Positions 54,909 to 64,000 of a DNA stretch of 64,000 nucleotides are shown one piece after another. The stretch covers positions 22,568,001 through 22,632,000 of the forward strand of contig CAIIXF020000001.1 of the NCBI GenBank assembly GCA_903813345.2, written 5' to 3'. Source of the stretch: Owenia fusiformis. Lineage: Eukaryota. A model generated the notes under the pieces. The model worked only from the letters and a program-made list of their open reading frames with translations. It searched no databases and had not been told where the DNA came from. Both the position numbers and the translations under genes were made by a program. Every line of letters begins with the position of its first letter. Position 1 is the stretch's first letter.

Positions 54909-56385
54909 TAGACTCCAGATTGAAAATCTGGAGTCTATTGTTTTTGCCAGTATTCTTCTTCTTATTATTATTATTATTATTATTTTTCTTTAAGAGTTTT
55001 TTCAATAACTATAAGGTATCCAGTAAAGACCATTATACAGTTCATTTAGGTTCAGTATCTAGTTGGTGGGAAATTGGGTCAAATTTTTATCTAGGTCAAA
55101 GGTCAAGAATTAGGTCAAATCCAGTACTTTGTCACTTTTTTCGATTTTCTCGGTCGTCCTTCAATATTTTTGATCCGGTTTTTTTCATTGTGTTCCTCAT
55201 AAAAAAGTAGGAAATCTAGGGTCGATTTAGTTTTTTGATATCTCAAACCGATTTTGAGATATGGCGTCCAGAAAGTAGGTCACACCAAAAAGTGCTCCAA
55301 ATTCAATGTATGAGTTATGAATTAGGGGTAGAATTTTGTCAGGAATCGGAATCTACAAACCAAAGTTCGATCCGACTTCTGGTTCGGAAGTTATGGCGTT
55401 TTGAAAACTCAAAAATCGCTAAATTTTGTGCCCATGTTAAGTCAATGGGAAAAAGATATTTTTTGAAGTGAAAAATACGAAATATAGACTGAGTTCAGCT
55501 TAATTTAATGAAAGCCTTCAAAAGAAGGGGACCTCAAAAGCCATCTAGCTTCAGAATTTGGACACCAAAATTCCTAGGTCAAAATCTAGGTCAAATTCAA
55601 AGTTTTTTCTTATTTTTGCGATTCTGACACTACACTTTAATTATATTCTTCGAAATTGTGTATACACGTAGTCAAGAGTGTGCTAATAACGTTAGCCTTT
55701 TGCCGTCATAAAGAATTTTGACCCACTTTTGAGATATGTTGTCCGAAAAGTAGGTCAAAATAAAAAGTTCTCCAAATTTAACGTTTGAGTTATGAATTAA
55801 GAATAGAATTTTCTCAGAAATCCGAATCTGCAAACCAAATTTCGATCCGACTTCCGGTTCCGAAGTTATGGCGTGTCCAAAAAGTAGGTCAAAATAAAAA
55901 TTCGCCAAATTTAATGTATGAGTTATGAATTAGGGGTAGAATTTTGTCAGGAATCCGAATCTTTAAATCAAATTTCGATCCGACTTCCGGTTCGGAAGTT
56001 ATGGCGTTTTGAAATTTCGGAAAATCGATCTGATGGTATCCTGATAGAAAGTCAAGAGTAGAGAAGAAAATATTGAAAAATTCATCCATCCTTCATATCT
56101 GATCCTATCATATCCTATCCTTCCTTCGTATCCTTTCCTTCCTATCCTTTCTATCCTCTCCTATCATATCCTTTCTTCCTATTTTGTTCTATCCTATCCT
56201 TCTTTCTTATTCTATCCTATCGTTCCTTCCCATTCTATCCTATCCTACCTTCCTGTTTTATCCATCCATCTTATTCTGGATGACTCAGCTTATTCTGGAT
56301 GACTCGGCTTATTTTAGATGACTGGGCTTAAAAAAGTCTGGATCTGGAGTCTGAAATTGAACTTCGTTCAATTTCCCAAGTCTAG
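54909..56385 (+). mobile_element. Intact HINE-like copy
   Basis: Innermost of three heads (54792, 54859, 54910); tail CTAG at 56385. Confidence 0.85.
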
Positions 56386-59300
56386 TTATTATTCTTTCAG
56401 AATCTTCCTCCTTCCCAGATTTCTCACCAACTAGAAGAGCTTACTTTAAGCTGCTTACATGATTAACTAGGGAATGTATCTGGGATGATGGGAAATTAGG
56501 TCAAATTTTTATCTAGGTCAAAGGTCAAGAACTAGGTCAAATCCAGTACTTTGTCACTTTTTCCCATTATCTCGGTCGTCCTTCAATATTTTTGATCTTG
56601 GTTTTTTTCATTGTGTTCCTCATAAAAAAGTAGAAAACCTAGGGTCGATTTAGTTTTTTGGTATCTCAAACCGATTTCGAGATATCAGTGTCCGAAAACG
56701 AGGTTCAAAAAAAATTTCACCGAATCCAATGTCCGGGATATCAGTCTTATAGGAAATCTTCTCAGGATTCCGAATCTGAAAACCAAATTTCGATCTGACT
56801 TCCGGTTGAGAAGTTATGGCGTTTTGAAAATTCAAAATCGCTAAATTTGGTGCCCCATGTTAATTCAATGGGAAAAAATATTTTTTTGAAGTGTAAAATA
56901 CGAGATATAGACTAAGCACAGCTAAACATAATGGAAGCCCATAAAAGAAAGGGACCATAAGACCTTCTTTTCATAAAAATTTGGACACCAAAATGCCTAG
57001 TTCAAAATCTAGGTCAAATTCAAAGTTTTTCCTTATTTTTGCGATTTTGACACTACAGATTAATTATATTCTTCGAAAATTTGTATACATGTAGCCAAGA
57101 GTGTGCTAATAGTGTTAGCCTTTTGCCGTCAGAAAGTATTTTGACCCACTTTTGAGATATGGTGTCCGAAAAGTAGGTCAAACTAAAAAATTCTCCAAAT
57201 TTAACGTATGAGTTATGAATTAGGGGTAGAATTTTATCAGGAATCTGAATCTGCAAACCAAATTTTGATTCGAACTCCTGTTCGGAAGTTATGGCGTTTT
57301 GAAAGCTCAAAAATCGCTAAATTTGCTGCCCCATGTTATGTCAATGGGAAAAAAGATTTTTTTGAAGTGTAAAATACGAGATATAAACTGAGTACAGCTT
57401 AATATAATGAAAGCCTATGAAAGAAGGGGACCTCGAAGGCTACTTAGCTTCAAAATTTGGACACCAAAATCCCTAGGTTAAAATCTAGGTCAAATTCATA
57501 GTTTTTCCTTATTTTTGCGATTCTGACACTATATTCAAATGATTTGCTTTAAAATTTTGTATACAGGTAGCAAAGAGTATGCTCATAGTGTTAGCCTTTT
57601 GCCGTCAGAAAGTATTTTGACCCACTTTTGAGATATGGTGTCCGAAAAGTAGGTCAAAATAAAAACTATCCAAATTTAATGTGTGAGTTATGAATTAAAG
57701 GTAAAACTTTCTCAGGAATCCAAATCTGCAAACCAAATTTCGATCCGACTTCTTGTTCTGAAGTTATGGCGTTTTGAAATCTCAAAAATCGCTAAATTTG
57801 GTGCCCCATGTTAAATCAATGGGACCGAATAATTTTTTGAAGTGTAAAAATACGAGATATAGAATGAGTACAGCTAAACATAATGAAAGCCCATAAAAGA
57901 AGGGGACCTCAAAAGCTACTTTCCTTCAAAATTTGGACACCAAAATACCTAGTTCAAAATCTAGGTCAAATTCTTAGTTTTTTCTTATTGTTGCAATTCG
58001 GACACTACACTTCAATGATATTCTTCGAAATTTTGTATACATGTAGCAAAGAGTGTGCTCATAATGTTAACTTGTTGCCGTCAAGAAGTGTTTTGACCCA
58101 CTTTTGAGATATGGTGATCGAAATGTATGTCAAAATAAAAAGTTCTCCAAATTTAACGTATGAGTTATGAATTAGGGGTAGAATTTCCTAAGGAATCCGG
58201 ATCTGAAATTAAAATTGCGATCCGACCCCCGGTTAAGATTCTAAGCCATTTTGAAGTTTGAAATTCGCACTTGCCAGTATTCACGATGCAGATAGATCAA
58301 ATATACTTTCAAAAATTCCTACATACCCTACTTTACCTCCCTACCTACTCAGCTACTTATTTGACTACTTACTCAATTGCTTAATTAGTTATTACTTACT
58401 TAGCTACTTACTCAGCTACTAACTCAGGTACTTACTCAGCTACTTACTCAGCTACCTACTCAGCTTTTTACCCAGTTACTTACTCAGCTACTTACTCAAC
58501 TACTACTAAGGTACTTACTCAGCTAATTACTCAGTTAATTACTCAGCTCTTTACTGATCTATCTAGGTAAAATAAATCTGGAGTCTTAAATTGAACTTGT
58601 TCAATTTCACAAATCTAGTTATTCTTATTTTTCTTTTTGAGTTTTCTCAATAACTATAAGGTATCCAGTAAAGACCATAATACAGTTTGTTTAGGTTCAG
58701 TCTCTAGTTGGTGGGAAATTGGGTCAAATTTTTATCTAGGTCAAAGGTCAAGAACTAGGTCAAATCCAGTACTTTGTCACTTTTTTTGATTTTCTCGGTC
58801 GTTCTTCAATATTTTCGATCCGTTTTTTTTTCATTGTGTTCCTTATAAAAAAGTAGGAAACCTAGGATCGATTTAGTTTTTTGATATCTCAAACCGATTT
58901 CGAGATATCAGTGTCCGAAAACGAGGTCCAAAAAAAAGTTCTCCGAATCAAATGTCCAGGATATTGGTCTTATAGGAAATTTTCTCAGGATTCCGAATCT
59001 GAAAACGAAATTTGGATCGGACTTCCGGTTCTGAAGTTATGGCGTTTTGAAAGCTCAAAAATCGCTAAATTTGGAGCCCATGTTAAGTCAATGGGAAAAA
59101 AGATTTTATTGAAGTGAAAAATACGAAATATAGACTGAGTTCAGCTAAATATAATGAAAGCCTTTAAAAGAATGGGACCTCAAAAGCCATCTAGCTTTAA
59201 AATTTGGACACCAAAATGCCTAGGTCAAAATCTAGGTCAAATTCAAAGTTTTTCCTTATTTTTGCGATTCTGACACTACAGATTGATTATATTCTTCAAA

Positions 59301-61387
59301 ATTTTGTATACATGTAGCCAAGAGTGTGCTTATAGTGTTAGCATTTTGCCGTCAGAAAGTATTTTGCCCCACTTTTGAGATATGGTGTCCGAAAAGTAGG
59401 TCAAAATAAAAAGTTCTCCAAATTTGACGTTTGAGTTATGAATTAAGAATAGAATTTTCTCAGAAATCCGAATCTGCAAACCAAATTTCGATCCGACTTC
59501 CGGTTCCGAAGTAATGGTGTGTCCAAAAAGTAGGTCAAAATAAAAATTCGCCAAATTTAATGTATGAGTTATGAATTAGGGGTAGAATTTTGTCAGGAAT
59601 CCGAATCTTTAAATCAAATTTATATCCGACTTCCGGTTCGGAAGTTATGGCGTTTTGAAGTTTCGGAAAATCGATCTGATGGTATCCTGATAGAAAGTCA
59701 AGAGTAGAGAAGAAAATATTGAAAAATTCATCCATCCGTCCAATCTGATCCTATCCTATCCTTCCTATCTATCCTTCATTCATATCCTTTCCTTCCTATC
59801 CTTCCTATCCTCTCCTACCATATCCTTTCTTCCTATTCTGTCCTATCCTATCCTTCTTTCTTATTCTATCCTATCGATCCTTCCCATTCTATTCTATCCT
59901 ACCTTCCTATGTTATCCATCCATCTTATTCTGGATGACTCGGCTTATTTAAGATGACTGGGCTTAAAAAAGTCTAGATCTGGAGTCTGAAATTGAACTTC
60001 GTTCAATTTCCAAAGTCTAGTTATTTTTCTTTAAGAGTTTTTTCAATAACTATAAGGTATCCAGTAAAGACCATTATACAGTTCATTTAGGTTCAGTATC
60101 TAGTTGGTGGGAAATTGGGTCAAATTTTTATCTAGGTCAAAGGTCAAGAACTAGGTCAAATCTTACATTTTCAGTCTTCTGTCTATTATCTTTGTCGTTA
60201 TTTCTCGAAACGTCTTCTTCTTTTTTCCATCCTGTAGCTTACAAACAGCCCTTTCATAAGTGTGCCATCCGTTTTTTGATTACTCTTACTGATTTTGAAA
60301 TATGGCGTCCGGAAAGTAGGTCACACCAAAACTTGCTCCAAATTCAATGTATGAGTTATGAATTAGGAGTACAATTTTGTCAGGAATCCGAATCTGCAAA
60401 CCAAATTTCAATCAGATTTCCGGTTCGGAAGTTAAGGCGTTTTAAAAGCTCAAAATTTGGTGCCCATGTTAAGTCAATGCGAAAAAAGATTTTTTTGAAG
60501 TGAAAAATTCTAAATATAGACTGAGTTCAGCTTAATTTAATGAAAGCTTTCAAAAGAAGGGGACCTCAAAAGCCATCTAGCTTCAAAATTTGGACACCAA
60601 AATGCCTAGGTCAAAATCTAGGTCAAATTCAAAGGTTTTCCTTATTTTTGCGATTCTGACACTACACTTCAATTATATTCTTCGAAATTGTGTATACATG
60701 TAGCCAAGAGTCTGCTAATAGTGTTAGCCTTTTGCCGTCAGAAAGTATTTTGACCCACTTTTGAGATATGGTGTCCGAAAAGTAGGTCAAAATAAAAAGT
60801 TCTCCAAATTTAAGGTTTGAGTTATGAATTAGGGGTAGAATTTTGTCAGGAATCCGAATCTGCAAACCAAATTTCGATCCGACTTACAGTTCCGAAGTTA
60901 TGGCGTGTCCAAAAAGTAGGTCAAAATAAAAATTCGCCAAATTTAACGTATGAGTTATGAATTAGGGGTAGAATTTTGTCAGGAATCCGAATCTTTAAAT
61001 CAAATTTAGATCCGACTTCCGGTTCGGAAGTTATGGCGATTTGAAATTTCGGAAAATCGATCTGATGGTATCCTGATAGAAAGTCAAGAGTAGAGAAGAA
61101 AATATTGAAAAATTCATCCATCCTTCCTATCTGATCCTATCCTATCCTTCCTATCTATCCTTCCTTCGTATCCTTTCCTTCCTATCCTTCCTATCCTCTC
61201 CTATCATATCCTTCTTCCTATTCTGTTCTATCCTATCCTTCTTTCTTTTTCTATCCTATCGTTCCTTCCCATTCTATCCTATCCTACCTTCCTATTTAAA
61301 CCATCCATCTTATTCTGGATGACTCAGCTTATTCTGGATGACTCGGCTTATTTTAGATGACTGGGCTTAAAAAAGTCTAGTTATTAT

Positions 61388-63709
61388 TAGACTCCAGATT
61401 TCATCTGGAGTCTATTGCTTTTGCCAGTTTTCTTATTATTATTCTTTCTTTCTTTCTTTCTGAACACTTTTTCTCAGCAACTAGAAGGACTTACTTAAAT
61501 CTGCTAACATAGTCAACTAGGTAATGAAACCTAGTTTCTGGGAAATTAGGTCAAATGTTTATCTAGGTCAAAGGTCAAGAACTAGGTCAAATCGTTGGTT
61601 TTCACTATTTTACAAGTTTTCTCAGTCGTCCTTTGGTATTTTTGCTCCGGGTTTTTTTCATCATGTTCCTTAGAAAAAAAGCTAATTCCGAAAGGCAAAT
61701 CGTTTTTTGATTACTCTTACAGATTTTGAGAAATGACGTCCGAAAAGTAGGTCAGAACATAAAAAGTTCTCCAAATTCAACGTGCAAATTATAAAATAAG
61801 TGTAGAATTATCTCAGGAATCCGAATCTGCAAACAAAATTTCGATCCGACTTCCGGTTAGGAAGTTATAGCATTTTGAAATCTCAAAATCGCTAAATTTG
61901 GTGCCCCATGTTAAGTCAATGGGGAAAAAGACTTCTTCGAAGTGTAAAATGCGAGATATAGACTGAGTACAGCTTAACATAATGAAAGCCTATAAAAGAA
62001 GGGGACCTCTAAGGCTATCTAGCTTTAAAATTTGGACAGCAAAATGCCTAGGTCAAAATCTAGGTCAAATTTATAGTTTTTTCTTATTTTTGCGATTCTG
62101 ACACTACACTTTAATAATTTGCTTCAGAATTTTGTATACAGGTAGCCAAGAGTGTGCTAATAGTGTTAGCCTTTTGCCGTCAGAAAGTATTTCTACCCAC
62201 TTTTGAGATATGGTGTCCGAAAAGTAGGTCAAAATGAAAAATTCTCCAAATTTAACATATGAGCTATGGAATAAGGGTAGAATTTCCTCAGGAATCCGAA
62301 TCTGCAAACCATATTTCGATCCGACTTCCCGTTTGAAAGTTATGGCGTTTTGAAATTTCGAGAAAAATCAATCTGATGTTATCCTGATAGAAAGTCAAGG
62401 AAAAAAGATTTTTTTGAAGTGTAAAATACGAGATATAGATTGAGTACAGCTTAAGATAATGAATTCCTATAAAAGAAGGGGACCTCAAAAGCTACCTAGT
62501 TTCAATATTTGGACACCAAAATGCCTAGGTCAAAATCTAGGTCAAATTCATAGTTTTTCCTTATTTTTGCGATTCTGACACTACACTTTTAGGATTTGCT
62601 TCAAAATTTTGTATACAGGTAGCAAAGAGTGTGTTTATAGTGTTAGCCTTTTGCCGTCAGAGAGTATTTTGACCCACTTTTGAGATATGGTGTCCGAAAA
62701 GTAGGTCAAAATAAAAAATTCTCGAAATTTAACATATGAGTTATGAATTAAGAGTAGAATTTTCTCAGGAATCCGAATCTGCAAACCAAATTTCGATCCG
62801 ACTTCCGGTTCTAAAGTTATGGCGTGTCCGAAAAGTAGGTCAAAATAACAATTCGCCAAATTTAACGTATGAGTTATGAATTAGGGGTAAAATTTTGTCA
62901 GGAATCCGAATCTTTAAATCAAATTTCGATCTGACTTCCGGTTTGGAAGTTATGGCGTTTTGAAATTTCGGAAAATCGATCTGATGGTATCCTGATAGAA
63001 AGTCAAGGAAAAAAGATTTTTTTGAAGTGTAAAATACGAGATATAGATTGAGTACAGCTTAAGATAATGAATTCCTATAAAAGATGGGGACCTCAAAAGC
63101 TACCTAGTTTCAATATTTGGACACCAAAATGCCTAGGTCAAAATCTAGGTCAAATTCATAGTTTTTCCTTATTTTTGCGATTCTTGCACTACACTTTTAG
63201 GATTTGCTTCAACATTTTGTATACAGGTAGCAAAGAGTGTGCTAATAGTGAGAGCCTTTTGCCGTCAGAAAGTATTTTGACCCACTTTTGAGATTTGGTG
63301 TCCGTAAAGTAGGTCAAAATAAAAAGTTCTCATAATTTAACTTATGAGTTATGAATTAAGGGTAGAATTTTCTCAGGAATCCAAATCTGCAAACCAAATT
63401 TCAATCCGACTTCCGGTCAAAAATTCCTACTTACCTACCTACTTACCTACTCGGCTACCTACTTAGCTACCTACTCAGCTACCTACTCAGCTACTTACTC
63501 AGCTACCTACTCAGCTACTTACTCAGCTACCTACTCAGCTACTTACTCAGCTACCTACTCAGCTGCTTACTCAGCTACCTACTCAGCTACTTACTCAATT
63601 ACTTAATCATCTACTTACACAGCTTCCTACTCAGTTACTTACTCAGCTCTTTACTCAAGTAAATCAATCTGGAGTCTTAAATTGAACTTTGTTCAATTTA
63701 CCAATCTAG
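61388..63709 (+). mobile_element. Intact HINE-like copy (GATTTCATC head subfamily)
   Basis: Head at 61389; 12-bp CTACTCAG repeats at ~63430-63655; tail CTAG at 63709. Confidence 0.85.
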
Positions 63710-64000
63710 TTATTATTCATTCTTTCTTTCTTTCTTTCTTTCTTTCCGAACACTTTTTCTCAGCAACTAGAAGAACTTACTTTAACCTACTTACATGGCT
63801 AACATAGCCCATCAACCTAGTTTCTGGGAAATTAGGTCAAATTTTTATCTAGGTCAAAGGTCAAGAACTAGGTCAAATTTAGGTCAATCAACATTCTGTC
63901 AATTATCTTCGTTGTTACTTGTGGTAACTCCTTCATCTTTTTTTCAACATGTAGCTTAGAAAAAAACAAATCGAGAATGTGCCATCCGTTTTTTGATTAC

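Larger units (their letters stand above)
22007..64000 (+). mobile_element. Nested cluster of non-autonomous Helentron/DINE-1(HINE)-like elements, continuing beyond the window
   Basis: Element order: 5' hairpin TAGACTCCAGAT-N2-4-ATCTGGAGTCTA, (TTA/TTC)n microsatellite, conserved core GGAAATT(G/A)GGTCAAAT...CTAGGTCAAAGGTCAA, internal ~476-bp and ~134-bp repeats, a simple-repeat block, 3' subterminal IR ATCTGGAGTCT, hairpin AAATTGAAC-N2-3-GTTCAATTT, terminal CTAG. No fixed-length TSD is visible and the junctions are T-rich. 24 heads, 19 tails. Confidence 0.9.

Noticed and set aside
22017-63291. Signal-peptide-like ORFs (MSIWSLLFLPVFFFF...) and other short ORFs in the nest
   Set aside because: The hydrophobicity comes from TTC/TTA microsatellites, and frames break differently among copies. 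No Rep/helicase or transposase motifs were seen.

Overview
AT-rich animal genomic DNA, probably from a marine invertebrate; the species cannot be determined from the sequence. The first ~22 kb holds four kinds of content: (i) a 1251-aa ORF/exon combining a GlnD/DUF294-like nucleotidyltransferase with 14 near-identical 43-aa TPRs (2119-5874, +); (ii) the last two exons of CC2D2A (-), apparently cut off at ~11463; (iii) a small exon ending in a 2A/StopGo-like motif (GGIEMNPGP) and a phase-1 donor (16128-16317, +); (iv) many non-autonomous DNA transposons and palindromic elements, several with clear TSDs. From 22007 to the end of the window is one nest of non-autonomous Helentron/DINE-1(HINE)-like elements that insert into their own 5' (TTA/TTC)n microsatellite. 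I count 24 heads and 19 tails. They parse as balanced parentheses, and head variants match their separated bodies under last-in-first-out logic, with one exception. Inside the nest is an exact 14.0-copy array of a 717-bp related unit. The nest's left flank matches window bases 1-46. This suggests it sits in the intron of a tandem paralog of a 2A-exon/NTase-TPR gene, with the CC2D2A truncation marking the duplication breakpoint (inference). All counts and alignments were made by eye.
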